Of a stretch of DNA of 64,000 bases, positions 1-10,345 are shown in pieces. Source of the DNA: an uncultured Gemmatimonadaceae bacterium (GTDB lineage Bacteria > Gemmatimonadota > Gemmatimonadetes > Gemmatimonadales > Gemmatimonadaceae). Position numbers and translations under genes: made by a program. The DNA lies in assembly GCA_963716745.1 (NCBI GenBank), contig OY970320.1, positions 96,001 through 160,000 on the forward strand, written 5' to 3'. Each line of letters opens with the position of its first letter. Position 1 is the stretch's first letter. The notes under the pieces were generated by a model that was not told the DNA's origin, did not search any database, and saw only the letters and a program-made list of their open reading frames with translations.

Positions 1-1
1 G

Positions 2-574
2 CCGTTCGTCTTCCTGGGCAACATCGACCCGCGCCTGCAGCTCGACGTCTTGCAACAGGTCGAGAAGCCGCGGCTGGTGGCGTGCGATACGATGAATTTC
101 TGGATCGAGAGCCGGCGCGCCGATCTCATCGCGCTGCTCGCGCACGTGGACATCCTCACCGTGAACGACGCCGAAGCCCGCCAGCTCACCGAGGAAGTGA
201 ACCTCGTGCGAGCCGCGCGCTGGATCATGGCGCGCGGCCCGCGGCATGTCGTGATCAAGAAAGGCGAGAACGGCGCCTTCATGTTCTCCAAGGACAGCGT
301 GTTCTACGCGCCGGCGTATCCGCTCGAGTCGGTATTCGATCCCACCGGCGCCGGCGACTCGTTCGCGGGCGGGTTCATCGGCTATCTCGCGCGCGCCGGC
401 GATCTGAGCGAGGCGAGCCTCCGGCGCGCCATCGTGTACGGGTCGGCGATGGGCTCGTTCGCCGTCGAGAAGTTCTCGGCCGCGCGCATCTTCGAGGTAT
501 CGATGGCGGACATCACTGCGCGCGTGAACGAGATCCACAAACTCGTCGCGTTCGAGCGGGAGGTCGCGGGATGA
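2..574 (+). CDS. PfkB-family carbohydrate/nucleoside kinase (5' truncated by window edge)
   Basis: Frame open from base 2 (PFVFLGNIDP...); PfkB signature DPTGAGDSFAGG, NDAEA, VIKKG. Confidence 0.9.
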   Translation, partial: PFVFLGNIDPRLQLDVLQQVEKPRLVACDTMNFWIESRRADLIALLAHVDILTVNDAEARQLTEEVNLVRAARWIMARGPRHVVIKKGENGAFMFSKDSVFYAPAYPLESVFDPTGAGDSFAGGFIGYLARAGDLSEASLRRAIVYGSAMGSFAVEKFSAARIFEVSMADITARVNEIHKLVAFEREVAG

Positions 575-1608
575 CCGAGCGGCTCGATTACCGTTCCGCC
601 GGTGTGGACATTGATGCCGCCGAGGATTCGAAGCACCGCATCGCGCGGCTCGTGGAGAGCACCTTCACGGCCGGCACGCGCGGGAAGTTCGGCGGCTTCG
701 GCGGACTGTTCCGCGTGCCCGAGGGCGCGAAGGCGCCGCTGCTCGTGGCGAGCGCCGATGGCGTGGGCACCAAGATCAAGATCGCGATCGAGACCGAGCG
801 CCACGATACCGTGGGCCACGATCTCGTGAACCACTGCACCAACGACATCCTCGTACAGGGTGCGGCGCCGCTTTTCTTCCTCGACTACGTCGCGTTCGGC
901 GCGCTGGTGCCGAGCGTGGTCGAAGCCGTCGTGCGCGGCGTGGCCGCCGGCTGTCGCGAGAACGGCTGCGCGCTCCTCGGCGGCGAAACGGCCGAGATGC
1001 CGGGCGTCTACACGCCGCCCGACTACGATCTCGCCGGCTTCATCGTGGGGCTCGTGGAGGAGCCGAACGTCCTCGGCGCGGAGCGCGTGCGCGATGGCGA
1101 CATGCTCGTCGCGCTCGCGAGTTCGGGGCTGCACACGAACGGCTATTCCTTGGCGCGGCGCATCGTCCGCGACCGGATGAAGCTCGGCTGGGACGCGCCA
1201 TTCCCCGACGGCGGCGGTTCGGTGGCGGACGTCCTGCTGGCGGTGCACCGCTCGTATCTCGCGGCGTTGCGCCCGGTGCTCGGGCGGGTTCACGCGATGG
1301 CGCATATCACGGGCGGCGGCCTGCCGGGGAACCTCGACCGTGCGCTGCCGGTATCGTTGGATGCCATCGTCGACACCGCGAGCTGGGAGATCCCTGCGGT
1401 GTTCCGCGCGCTCGAGCGCGCCGGCGCCGTGGACCGCATGGAGATGTTTCGCGCGTTCAACATGGGAGTCGGGATGGTGGTCATCGCGCCGCCGGATGCA
1501 GTGGATGCCGTGCTCGCCGCCGCGGCAAAGGCGGGCGAGCGCGCTTGGGTGTTGGGCCACGTCGCGCCCGGCACAGGCCGGGTGCGGCTCACCTCACAAA
1601 CGGAGTGA
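571..1608 (+). CDS. purM: Phosphoribosylformylglycinamidine cyclo-ligase (AIR synthetase)
   Basis: YRSAGVDI, DGVGTK, GGETAEMPG, SSGLHTNGYSL, HITGGG, FNMGVG motifs; ATG overlaps upstream stop (ATGA). Confidence 0.97.
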   Translation: MTERLDYRSAGVDIDAAEDSKHRIARLVESTFTAGTRGKFGGFGGLFRVPEGAKAPLLVASADGVGTKIKIAIETERHDTVGHDLVNHCTNDILVQGAAPLFFLDYVAFGALVPSVVEAVVRGVAAGCRENGCALLGGETAEMPGVYTPPDYDLAGFIVGLVEEPNVLGAERVRDGDMLVALASSGLHTNGYSLARRIVRDRMKLGWDAPFPDGGGSVADVLLAVHRSYLAALRPVLGRVHAMAHITGGGLPGNLDRALPVSLDAIVDTASWEIPAVFRALERAGAVDRMEMFRAFNMGVGMVVIAPPDAVDAVLAAAAKAGERAWVLGHVAPGTGRVRLTSQTE

Positions 1609-1613
1609 TCCTC

Positions 1614-2609
1614 ATGGCCGCTCGACTCGTCAGTTCGCTCGCCGCGCTCACGCTCCTGGCTGCCGTGGCCGCCGCACAAGGTGGCACCGTGAATCCGGCG
1701 TGCAGCGATCCGGCGTTCGTCGGCCCGATGCAGGAAGGGGGCAACCCCTGTCAGAAGGCGTACGACATGTTCGGCTACAGCACGCAGCAGTACGCGAACG
1801 TGATCGCCGCCGGCAATCCCGAGATCGGGCGCGCCGATGCCGTTGGGGGATTCCCGAAATTCCGCGTCGCGCTGGAACTCAGCTACGCGACCCTCGTGAC
1901 GCCCGCATTGCGCGAGAGCGGAACGATCGACACGGGACCCGCCGTATCCGGGACGATCCCGACATCGAGCGCGGACTACATCGCCGCACAGATCGATGGC
2001 GCGCTCGGCCTCTTCAACGGATTCGATCTCGGGGGGCTGCGCATCGGCGCGCTGGACGCGATCGCGACCATCAATTTCGTGCCGAGCACGACCGGCGGCG
2101 GCTTCACCGTGAGCGCGGACCACAAGGCCTACATCGGCTACGGCGGCCGGTTGGGCGTGCTGCAGGAAGGGAAGGTGATCCCCGCGGTCGGCGTGAGCTA
2201 CATGATCCGCGATCTGCCGAAAATGAATCTCATCGCGGATGATGTGGTCAACAACACCGTCGCCGTGTCGCAGATGAAGATGAATACCTCGGCATGGAGC
2301 GTGACGGTCGGCAAGCACTTCAAGGCGGTGAGCCTCGTGCTGGGCGGCGGTCAGACCAAGTTCGACGCGTCGGGGCTGCTCATGTGGTCGGTGAACGGCG
2401 TGAACCCCACGGTGTCGCCTTCGATCTCCGCGACGAGCATGCAGACGGACATTTACGGCGACTTCGGTGTGGATCTCGGGAGCAACGTGCACGTGATGGT
2501 CGAATACGGTGCGAGCTCCGGCGGTCAGATCAATACGTTCAACACGTTCGACCCGAGCGCGAATTCCATGCATTCCTACCTCACGGCGGCGATCACGTTT
2601 GGGCGGTGA
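1614..2609 (+). CDS. Secreted, probable outer-membrane beta-barrel protein of unknown function
   Basis: Signal peptide (MAARLVSSLAALTLLAAVAAAQ); amphipathic beta-strand pattern; ends YLTAAITFGR. Confidence 0.65.
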   Translation: MAARLVSSLAALTLLAAVAAAQGGTVNPACSDPAFVGPMQEGGNPCQKAYDMFGYSTQQYANVIAAGNPEIGRADAVGGFPKFRVALELSYATLVTPALRESGTIDTGPAVSGTIPTSSADYIAAQIDGALGLFNGFDLGGLRIGALDAIATINFVPSTTGGGFTVSADHKAYIGYGGRLGVLQEGKVIPAVGVSYMIRDLPKMNLIADDVVNNTVAVSQMKMNTSAWSVTVGKHFKAVSLVLGGGQTKFDASGLLMWSVNGVNPTVSPSISATSMQTDIYGDFGVDLGSNVHVMVEYGASSGGQINTFNTFDPSANSMHSYLTAAITFGR

Positions 2610-2619
2610 ACCGCGGAAT

Positions 2620-3717
2620 GTGAAAGACGGCGGGGATGCCGCGCACATGGCGCTCGCGCTCGAAGCCGCGAGTCGCGGCTGGGGGCAGACGGCGCCGAAC
2701 CCGATGGTCGGCGCCGTCATCGTGCAGGAGAGTCGCGTGGTGGCCGTGGGCTGGCACGCGAGATATGGCGAGGCGCACGCCGAAACGATGGCGCTCGATC
2801 TCGCGGGCGAACGAGCGCGCGGGGCAGCGATGTTCGTCACGCTCGAACCCTGCACACATCACGGCAAGACGCCGCCCTGCGCCGCGGCGATCGTGCGCGC
2901 GGGGGTCGCGCGCGTCGTGATCGCGGCGCGCGATCCGAACCCTGAGGCGGCCGGCGGCGCGGCGCATCTTCGCGAAGCGGGGATCACGGTGGACATCGGT
3001 TTGGGCGCATTGCAGGCGAAGGAGCTCAACGCGCCATTCTTCAATTCATTCGCGTCGCGCCGTCCATGGATCACGCTCAAGCTCGCGCTCTCCGCGGACG
3101 CCGCCATCTCGGGCCCCGCGGGCAGTTCCACCTGGATCACTGGACCGTCTGCGCGCGCCGAAGCGCACCGGATGCGCGCCGGCAGCGACGCCGTGGCGGT
3201 CGGCATCGGCACCGTGCTCGCCGACGATCCGAGGCTCACGGTGCGCGACGCTCCGCCGCCGCGCCGGCCTCCGGTGCGAATCGTATTCGATCGCCACGCG
3301 CGGCTGCCGCTCGAGAGCAAGGTCGTGCGATCCGCGCGCGAGGTGCCGGTGATCGTGGTCGCCGAGTCGCCTCCGGCCGTGCGCCGCGAGGCGCTTGAGC
3401 GAGCGGGCGTCGAAGTGTTGCTCGCGCCGTCGCTCGAGGGATCGCTGGTGGCCTTGCGGGAGCGGGGCATTCGCTCGATGCTGGTCGAGGGCGGCGCCAA
3501 GCTCGCCGCGGCGTTCCTGCAGGCCGCACTCGTCGACCGATTGGTTATCTTTCAGGCGCCCACCGAACTCGGCGATGGCGGGCTGCGCCCATTCGACGCG
3601 CTGCCGGCGTCCATGGCACCGAATGCCGCGAACTATCGCGTGGTGACACAGCGCACGTTGGACGAAGATACGATGACCGTTTTCGCCGTGAGGGACCTCC
3701 CGTGTTCACCGGATTGA
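2620..3717 (+). CDS. ribD: Riboflavin biosynthesis deaminase/reductase
   Basis: PNPMVGAV, HAE, TLEPCTHHGKTPPC zinc-deaminase motifs; GIGTVLADDP and VEGG reductase motifs; start GTG 2620 or ATG 2647. Confidence 0.95.
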   Translation: MKDGGDAAHMALALEAASRGWGQTAPNPMVGAVIVQESRVVAVGWHARYGEAHAETMALDLAGERARGAAMFVTLEPCTHHGKTPPCAAAIVRAGVARVVIAARDPNPEAAGGAAHLREAGITVDIGLGALQAKELNAPFFNSFASRRPWITLKLALSADAAISGPAGSSTWITGPSARAEAHRMRAGSDAVAVGIGTVLADDPRLTVRDAPPPRRPPVRIVFDRHARLPLESKVVRSAREVPVIVVAESPPAVRREALERAGVEVLLAPSLEGSLVALRERGIRSMLVEGGAKLAAAFLQAALVDRLVIFQAPTELGDGGLRPFDALPASMAPNAANYRVVTQRTLDEDTMTVFAVRDLPCSPD

Positions 3718-4308
3718 TCGACGATGTCGGACTGATCGAGCGCGTCGCGGCCACGCCGGCCGGCGCCGAACTCACGGTCCGCTGCCGCTACGACGACCTC
3801 GCGCCCGGCGAGAGCATCGCGCTGAACGGCGCGTGCCTCACGGTGCGCGAGTGCGGTCCGCGGTGGTTCACCGTCGCGGCGGTGGTCACGACGGTCGAGC
3901 GCACGAACATCGGCAATTGGAAGCTCGGGCACGCGCGTGAACCTCGAGCGCGCGCTCAAGGCTGGCGACCGCCTCGGCGGCCACATCGTGCAGGGGCACG
4001 TGGACAGTGTTGCCGAGGTCCGGAAGGTCCGCGATGAGGGCGACGCGAGACTTCTCGATCTTTCGTTTCCACTCCCCCTTCTCGATCTGGTCGTGCTCCA
4101 CGGTTCGGTCGCGATCGATGGCGTGAGCCTCACGGTGAACGCGTTGCCGGCACCGGACGTCGTGCAGGTCGCGCTCATCGACTATACGCTTCGCCATACG
4201 ACGCTCGGCGGCCTCGCCGCTGGCGACCGCGTGCATGTCGAGGCGGACGTCGTTGCGAAACATGTGCAGCGTTTGATGGCGCCGTTCAGCGCCGGGATGA
4301 TCTCGTGA
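3702..4308 (+). CDS. ribE: Riboflavin synthase (alpha chain); one frameshift near 3927
   Basis: MFTGLI N-terminus, SIALNGACLTV; second frame VNLERAL...GGHIVQGHVD...GSVAIDGVSLTV; removing one G near 3927 joins the frames. Confidence 0.93.
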
Positions 4309-5519
4309 GCTCGCCCTTCGGCACTGTCGAGCAGGCGATCGCGGACATCCGCGCCGGCAAGCTCATCATCGTGGCCGACGATGAGGACCGCGAGAACGAG
4401 GGCGATCTCATCGGCGCCGCCGAGCTCATGACGCCGGAGATGGTGAACTTCGTGACCAAGCGCGGCAGCGGGCTGCTGTGCCTCGCGTTGCCGTCCGATC
4501 GCTGCGATGCGCTCGGCCTCACCGCCGTCTCCGAGAATAACGTGGACGCGTATCGCACCGCGTACACGGTGAGCATCGATGCGATGCCGCGCCACGGCGT
4601 TACCACCGGGATCAGTGCGAGCGATCGCGCGATCACGATCCGTGTGGCGGCCGATCCGTCGACGACGGCGGCCGACATCCGCCATGGCGGCCACATCCAG
4701 CCGCTCCGCGCGCGGCGCGGCGGCGTGCTCGAGCGCACCGGGCACACCGAGGCGGCGATCGACCTCGCGCGCCTCGCCGGACTTCAGCCCGCCGGCGTCG
4801 TGTGCGAGATCCTGCGCGATGACAACGGCCAGCCGGCGCGCCGCCCCGAACTCGAAGCGTTCGCCGCCGAGCACAAGCTCACGTTCATCACGGTGGCGCA
4901 GCTCGTGGCGCACCGGCTGCAGAACGAGCGCCTCGTGCATCGCGTCGCCGAAGCGCGGCTCCCCACGGAGTGGGGCGAGTGGCGGATCATCGGCTACCGG
5001 AACGACGTCGACGCGCATGAGCACGTGGCGCTCGTATTCGGCGACGTCACCGGCGGCGACGACGTGCTCGCGCGGATGCACTCGCGCTGCCTGACCGGCG
5101 ACGTGTTCGGGTCGCAGCGCTGCGATTGCGGCTGGCAGCTGCACAGCGCCATGCAGATGATCGCGGAGGCGGGCCGCGGTGTGGTGGTATACCTCGACCA
5201 GGAAGGCCGCGGCATCGGTCTGCTCAACAAGCTCCGTGCGTACGCGCTGCAAGATGCCGGTGCGGACACGGTGGAGGCGAACGAGCAGCTCGGCTTCAAG
5301 CCCGATCTTCGCAACTACGGGATCGGCGCGCAGATCCTGCTCGATCTCGGCCTCAAGTCCATTCGGCCGATGACGAACAATCCGCGCAAGATCGTGGGCC
5401 TCGAAGGCTACGGCCTCGGTGTCGGTGAGCGCGTGCCGATCCGCGCGCCGAGCACCGCCGAGAACAGCGGCTATCTCGCGGCGAAACAGAGCAAGCTCGG
5501 CCACCTGTTGGCGCACTGA
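4305..5519 (+). CDS. ribBA: Bifunctional DHBP synthase / GTP cyclohydrolase II
   Basis: DDEDRENEGD, TTGISASDR, GHTEA; RMHSRCLTGDVFGSQRCDCG, QEGRGIGL, TNNPRK. Confidence 0.97.
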   Translation: MSSPFGTVEQAIADIRAGKLIIVADDEDRENEGDLIGAAELMTPEMVNFVTKRGSGLLCLALPSDRCDALGLTAVSENNVDAYRTAYTVSIDAMPRHGVTTGISASDRAITIRVAADPSTTAADIRHGGHIQPLRARRGGVLERTGHTEAAIDLARLAGLQPAGVVCEILRDDNGQPARRPELEAFAAEHKLTFITVAQLVAHRLQNERLVHRVAEARLPTEWGEWRIIGYRNDVDAHEHVALVFGDVTGGDDVLARMHSRCLTGDVFGSQRCDCGWQLHSAMQMIAEAGRGVVVYLDQEGRGIGLLNKLRAYALQDAGADTVEANEQLGFKPDLRNYGIGAQILLDLGLKSIRPMTNNPRKIVGLEGYGLGVGERVPIRAPSTAENSGYLAAKQSKLGHLLAH

Positions 5520-5998
5520 TGGCCGAGTTCAGCGGCACGCCCACCGGCGCAGGGCGTCGCATCGCCGTGGCCGTGAGCCGGTTCAACGAGACGGTCACGC
5601 AGAAGCTGGTGGACGGCGCGCTCGATGCGTTGCTCAAGCACGGCGTGAAGCTCGACGATGTGGACGTGGTGTGGGTGCCCGGCGCATGGGAATTGCCCGC
5701 GGCGGCGCGCGTGCTGCTGGCCACGGAGCGCTACGACGCGCTCGTCGCGCTCGGCGCGGTGATCCGCGGCGAGACGCCGCACTTCGACTACGTCGCCGGC
5801 GAAGGCGCGCGCGGTCTTGCCGACGCCGCCGCCATGGCGAACGTGCCGCTCGGCTTCGGATTGCTCACGTGCGATACGGTGGAGCAGGCGATGGACCGTG
5901 CCGGCGGCGCGCACGGCAACAAGGGGTGGGACGCTGCGATCGCCGCGCTCGAAATGGCCGACCTGTTCGACCAGCTCCAGGCGGGCGATGAAGATTGA
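5519..5998 (+). CDS. ribH: 6,7-dimethyl-8-ribityllumazine synthase
   Basis: SRFN, VPGAWELP, GAVIRGETPHFDYV, GNKG. Confidence 0.97.
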   Translation: MAEFSGTPTGAGRRIAVAVSRFNETVTQKLVDGALDALLKHGVKLDDVDVVWVPGAWELPAAARVLLATERYDALVALGAVIRGETPHFDYVAGEGARGLADAAAMANVPLGFGLLTCDTVEQAMDRAGGAHGNKGWDAAIAALEMADLFDQLQAGDED

Positions 5999-6401
5999 GA
6001 CCCGCGCCCGGGCGCGCGCGGTGCAGGCGGTGTACGCATGGGACGTGACCGGCGCGGAATCGCTCGAGCGCGTTGCCGAGCGCCTCTGGGATGACATCGT
6101 GGTCACCGGCACCGTGCGGCGCCGCGCCGCATCGCTGGTGCGAGCCGTGAGCGAACGATGCACCGCCATCGACGGACTTCTGCGCGACGTCACCGAGAAC
6201 TGGCGCCTCGAACGACTCGGCGCCATCGAGCGCTCGGTGTTGCGCGTGGCGGCGGCCGAGCTCGCGATGGAGGAGACGCCGCCCAAAGTGGTGATCCAGG
6301 AAGCGGTGCGGCTCACCGAACGCTTCGGCAGCGAGGCGAGCGCCCGCTTCGTGAACGGCGTGCTCGACGCGCTCGCGCGGCACATGGGGCGGTTGACGTG
6401 A
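5988..6401 (+). CDS. nusB: Transcription antitermination factor NusB
   Basis: RARARAVQAVY, NWRLERLGAIERSVLR, EAVRL, RFVNGVLD; follows ribH as usual. Confidence 0.93.
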   Translation: MKIETRARARAVQAVYAWDVTGAESLERVAERLWDDIVVTGTVRRRAASLVRAVSERCTAIDGLLRDVTENWRLERLGAIERSVLRVAAAELAMEETPPKVVIQEAVRLTERFGSEASARFVNGVLDALARHMGRLT

Positions 6402-7498
6402 GGATCGTCGTCGTCAACTGGAACGATCGCGAGAATCCACATGCCGGCGGCGCCGAGATCCACCTCCACGAGATCTTCGGCCGCCTCGCGGCGCGGGGCC
6501 ACGCGGTGTCGCTCTTGAGCAGCGGGTGGCCGGGCTGCGCGCCGCGCGCCGAGCTCGACGGCATCGACGTGCACCGCGTCGCCGCGCGCTACACGTTCGA
6601 GTTCCATGCGCGAGCCTACTACCGGCGCGTGCTCGCGCCGTTGAACGCGGATGTCCTCGTGGAGGACATCAACAAGGTGCCGCTGTACACGCCGCGCTGG
6701 GGCGCGCGCCGCACGATGGCGCTGGTGCCGCATCTGTTCGGCAGTACGGCGTTCCAGGAGGTGTCCTGGCCGATGGCGGCCATGGTGTGGACGCTGGAGC
6801 GGCCGCTCGTGCCGCTCTATCGCGGCATCCCGTTCGAGGCCATCAGCGAGAGCACCGCCGACGATCTGGCGGCGCGCGGCCTGCCGCGCGGCGACGTGCG
6901 CGTCATCTATCCCGGCATCGATTCGGCGTTCTACACGCCCGCGCCGGGTGATCGCGCGCCGGAGCCGCTGTTCGTCTACCTCGGCCGGCTCAAGCGATAC
7001 AAGCGCGTGGACTTGATCATCCGCGCGTTCGCCGCAATGCAGCATCCCACCGCGCGGCTGGCCATCGCGGGCACCGGCGGCCATCGCGGGGAGCTCGCGG
7101 CATTGGCGCGCTCGCTTGACCTCGACAGTCGCGTGGAGTTTCTTGGATTCGTGTCGGATACGCAGAAGCTCGCGCTGCTGCGCCGCGCGTGGGCGCTCGT
7201 GTTCACGTCACCCAAGGAAGGGTGGGGGATCACGAATTTCGAGGCGGCGGCGTGCTGTACGCCCGTGATCGCGTCGGATTCGCCGGGGCTGCGCGAGTCG
7301 GTGCGCGATGGCGAGACCGGATTCCTCGTACCGCACGGCGATGTCGCGGCCCTGACCGCATCGATGGCTCGCATCGCGGGCGATCCCGCGCTCGTGGCGT
7401 CGCTGGGCGCCAAGGGTCGGGTGTTCGCCGAACGGTTCTCGTGGGAACGGGCGGCCGATCAGACGGAAGCGCACCTCGCGGCGATCGCGGGCGCGTAG
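6398..7498 (+). CDS. Glycosyltransferase family 4 (GT-B)
   Basis: GGAEIH, YLGRLKRYK, SPKEGWGITNFEAAAC (EX7E), VRDGETGFLV. Confidence 0.9.
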   Translation: MRIVVVNWNDRENPHAGGAEIHLHEIFGRLAARGHAVSLLSSGWPGCAPRAELDGIDVHRVAARYTFEFHARAYYRRVLAPLNADVLVEDINKVPLYTPRWGARRTMALVPHLFGSTAFQEVSWPMAAMVWTLERPLVPLYRGIPFEAISESTADDLAARGLPRGDVRVIYPGIDSAFYTPAPGDRAPEPLFVYLGRLKRYKRVDLIIRAFAAMQHPTARLAIAGTGGHRGELAALARSLDLDSRVEFLGFVSDTQKLALLRRAWALVFTSPKEGWGITNFEAAACCTPVIASDSPGLRESVRDGETGFLVPHGDVAALTASMARIAGDPALVASLGAKGRVFAERFSWERAADQTEAHLAAIAGA

Positions 7499-7516
7499 CT
7501 CAACCGGAGATTCACC

Positions 7517-7828
7517 GTGCGCATCGACTTTCACGCTCACCAAACCCTGATCTCGGATTCTCTCCGTCTGCGTGCGACGCGCGCGATCGCGCGCCTTGCC
7601 GAGCGCACGCCCCATCCGGTGGACGCGGCGGTGCGCGTCGAGCGCGATGGACCGGAGGTACACGTCGAGGTGGAGCTCCACGCCAAGCGCCGGCGGCCGC
7701 TCGTGGGCACCGCCCGCGCCCGTCACGCGGGGCCGGCGTTCACAGCGGCGATCGCGGGGCTCGAGGCGCAGGTGACCAAGGCGCGCACGCGCATCGCGAC
7801 GCGGCGCACCACGAGCGCCCGCGCATGA
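7517..7828 (+). CDS. hpf: HPF/RaiA-family ribosome hibernation factor (short form)
   Basis: ~100 aa with HPF-like pattern (ISDSLR...VEVELH...AFTAAIAGLEAQV); position upstream of hprK typical. Confidence 0.7.
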   Translation: MRIDFHAHQTLISDSLRLRATRAIARLAERTPHPVDAAVRVERDGPEVHVEVELHAKRRRPLVGTARARHAGPAFTAAIAGLEAQVTKARTRIATRRTTSARA

Positions 7829-8796
7829 AGCAGCCGTTCACCGTGGGGCGGCTCTTCGAGATGATGCGCGAGCCGCTGCAGCTCGAACTCATCGGCGACG
7901 ACGCCGGCCTCAAGCGCGAGATCAAGAGCAGCGAGGTATCGAGCCCCGGGCTGGTGCTCGCCGGGTACGTGGAGCGCTTCCCTGCGGACCGCGTGCAAGT
8001 GTTCGGCCAGACGGAGATCACCTATCTCGTCGCGCTGCCGGAGCATGAGCGCCGCCGGCTGCTGGAGCTGTTCTTCTCCTTCGACGTGCCGTGCGTCGTG
8101 GTGACCAAGGGGCAGGCGATCCCCGCCGAGATGCGCGAGCGCGCGTCGCAGCGCGGCGTGCCCATTCTGCGCACCGCGCTCACCACCTCCGACTTCTTCC
8201 AGAAGGTAAAGCCGTTCATCGCCGATGAGTTCGCGCCCACCACCACGCTCCATGGATCGCTCGCCGACATCTACGGCGTCGGCGTGCTCTTCACCGGACA
8301 GAGCGGCATCGGGAAATCCGAGTGCGTGCTCGATCTCGTCGAACGCGGCCATCGCCTGGTCGCGGACGATCTCGTGATCGCCTCGCGCCGCGGCAGCGAC
8401 ATCATCATCGGGCGCGGCCATGAGAATCAGCGCCACCACATGGAGATCCGCGGCGTGGGCGTGATCGACATCCCGTCGATCTTCGGCGTGCGCGCGGTGC
8501 GCCAGCAGAAACGCATCGAGGTCGTGGTGCACCTCGAGGAGTGGGACAAGGCGAAGGGCGCGGACCGCACGGGGCTCGACAGCGCCGTCGCGAACATCCT
8601 GGGCGTGGAACTGCCCAAGGCGGTGATCCCGCTCAATCCCGGCAAGAACATCACCGTGGTCGCCGAGGTCGTCGCGATGAACCACCTGCTCAAGTACAGC
8701 GGCGTGAACGCGGCCGAGGATTTCAACGACAAGCTCATCGCGCGTATGCGCGCCACCGCCGACCTGCGGCGCTACCTCGCGGAAGACGATGAATGA
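7825..8796 (+). CDS. hprK: HPr(Ser) kinase/phosphorylase
   Basis: LHGSL, Walker A GQSGIGKSE, GHRLVADD, HMEIRGVG. Confidence 0.97.
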   Translation: MKQPFTVGRLFEMMREPLQLELIGDDAGLKREIKSSEVSSPGLVLAGYVERFPADRVQVFGQTEITYLVALPEHERRRLLELFFSFDVPCVVVTKGQAIPAEMRERASQRGVPILRTALTTSDFFQKVKPFIADEFAPTTTLHGSLADIYGVGVLFTGQSGIGKSECVLDLVERGHRLVADDLVIASRRGSDIIIGRGHENQRHHMEIRGVGVIDIPSIFGVRAVRQQKRIEVVVHLEEWDKAKGADRTGLDSAVANILGVELPKAVIPLNPGKNITVVAEVVAMNHLLKYSGVNAAEDFNDKLIARMRATADLRRYLAEDDE

Positions 8797-9187
8797 CCGT
8801 CCCGCGGCGATCGTGCTCGCGCACGGTACGCTCGCCGATGGACTCGTGAACGCGGTCGACACGATCAGCGGACGCGGCGGGCGCCTCATGGCCATCTCCA
8901 ACGAGGGGCTGAGCGCCACGGATCTCGCCGCGCGCCTCGTGGCCGCACTCGATGCCACGGGTGCGCACGTGATCTTCACTGATCTGCCCGCCGGCAGCTG
9001 CAACTCGGCGGCCGTGCGCGCCATCCAGGGGCGCCCGGGTGCCGTCGTCGTCATGGGCGCGAACCTCCCCGCGCTGCTCCACTTCGCGATGCACGACGAG
9101 CTGCCACCGGAGTCGGCCGCACGCGAGGCCGCGACGCGGGGACTCGCCGTCTTGAAAGCGTATCCCGGCGCACCCAGTGCCGATTGA
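8789..9187 (+). CDS. PTS mannose/fructose/sorbose-family EIIA
   Basis: IVLAHG phospho-His, TDLPAGSC, GANLPALL. Confidence 0.88.
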   Translation: MNDRPAAIVLAHGTLADGLVNAVDTISGRGGRLMAISNEGLSATDLAARLVAALDATGAHVIFTDLPAGSCNSAAVRAIQGRPGAVVVMGANLPALLHFAMHDELPPESAAREAATRGLAVLKAYPGAPSAD

Positions 9188-9668
9188 GCTCAACCGGGTG
9201 GACGACCGGCTGATCCACGGCCAGGTCGTCGTCGGGTGGGGCCAACCGTTGTCGCTCGCGCGCATCCTGCTCGTGGATGACATGATCGCGGCGAGCGAAT
9301 GGGAACAGGAGCTGTACCGCATGGGTGTGCCGCCCGAGATGGACGTGCAGTTCGCCTCGGTGGCCGAGGCGGCGGCGCAGTGGGTGGCGTGGAACGCCGA
9401 TCCGCGCCCCGCGGTCCTGCTCACCGCGAGCGTTGACGCCATGGTGCGTCTCGCCGCGAGCGTGCCCGCGCTCCGAATGGTGAATCTTGGGGGCGTGCAT
9501 CAGGGCGCAGGCCGCGCGGAATACCTGCGCTATCTGTATCTCACGCCGCAGGAGATACACCAGCTCTCGGCGCTCGCGGAACGCGGCGTGGAGGTCACCG
9601 CGCGTGACGTGCCCACCGCCGGCCCGGTGCCGCTCGCCACGATCCTCGCCGCGCACAACGCTTCGTGA
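9177..9668 (+). CDS. PTS mannose/fructose/sorbose-family EIIB
   Basis: RVDDRLIHGQVVVGW, VNLGG. Confidence 0.93.
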   Translation: MPIELNRVDDRLIHGQVVVGWGQPLSLARILLVDDMIAASEWEQELYRMGVPPEMDVQFASVAEAAAQWVAWNADPRPAVLLTASVDAMVRLAASVPALRMVNLGGVHQGAGRAEYLRYLYLTPQEIHQLSALAERGVEVTARDVPTAGPVPLATILAAHNAS

Positions 9669-10345
9669 CCGAGACCACCGTGCTGCCGCTCGCGCTCTTG
9701 GGCGGGATCGTGGGGCTGGACGTCGTGAGCTTCCCGCAAGCGATGTGGTCGCGGCCGATCGTCGCCGCCACGCTCGGCGGCGCCCTCGCGGGCGATCCGG
9801 CGCGCGGTCTGCTCGCCGGCGTCGTGCTCGAGATGCTGGCGATGGAGATGCTGCCGGTGGGTGCGTCGCGCTATCCGGAGTGGGGCACGGCATTGGTGGT
9901 GGGAGGCGCGATCGCCGCCGCGGCGCCGTTCAGCGCCGGCGAGCTCGTGCTCGGTATCATGACGGCGCTCGCCACCGCCTGGGCCGGCGGATGGTCGATG
10001 CATGTGTTGCGGCGGCTGAACGTGAAATGGAGCACGCGCTCGCGCGCCGCGCTCGAGGCGGGCGATACCCGCGTCGTGAATGCGCTCCAGATCCGCGGCC
10101 TCGTAGCCGATTTCACACGCGGCGCTGCGCTCACCGCGGTCGCCGCGCTGCTGGCGCGCCCGCTCGTCGATGCGCTCGCGACGCGTTGCATTCCATCCGC
10201 CGGCGTCGCACTCGCTACGCTCGCGGCACTCGCCGTCGCCGTCGCTGCCGCCGCCGCCTGGCGCAACGCTCCGCCGTCGCGCGCCGTACGATTGGTGGCC
10301 GCGCTCTCGTTGCTCGCCGGGATCGGCATCGCGGTGCTTCGATGA
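9665..10345 (+). CDS. PTS mannose-family EIIC
   Basis: Hydrophobic; SRPIVAATLGG, GVVLEM, PVGAS. Confidence 0.85.
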   Translation: MTETTVLPLALLGGIVGLDVVSFPQAMWSRPIVAATLGGALAGDPARGLLAGVVLEMLAMEMLPVGASRYPEWGTALVVGGAIAAAAPFSAGELVLGIMTALATAWAGGWSMHVLRRLNVKWSTRSRAALEAGDTRVVNALQIRGLVADFTRGAALTAVAALLARPLVDALATRCIPSAGVALATLAALAVAVAAAAAWRNAPPSRAVRLVAALSLLAGIGIAVLR

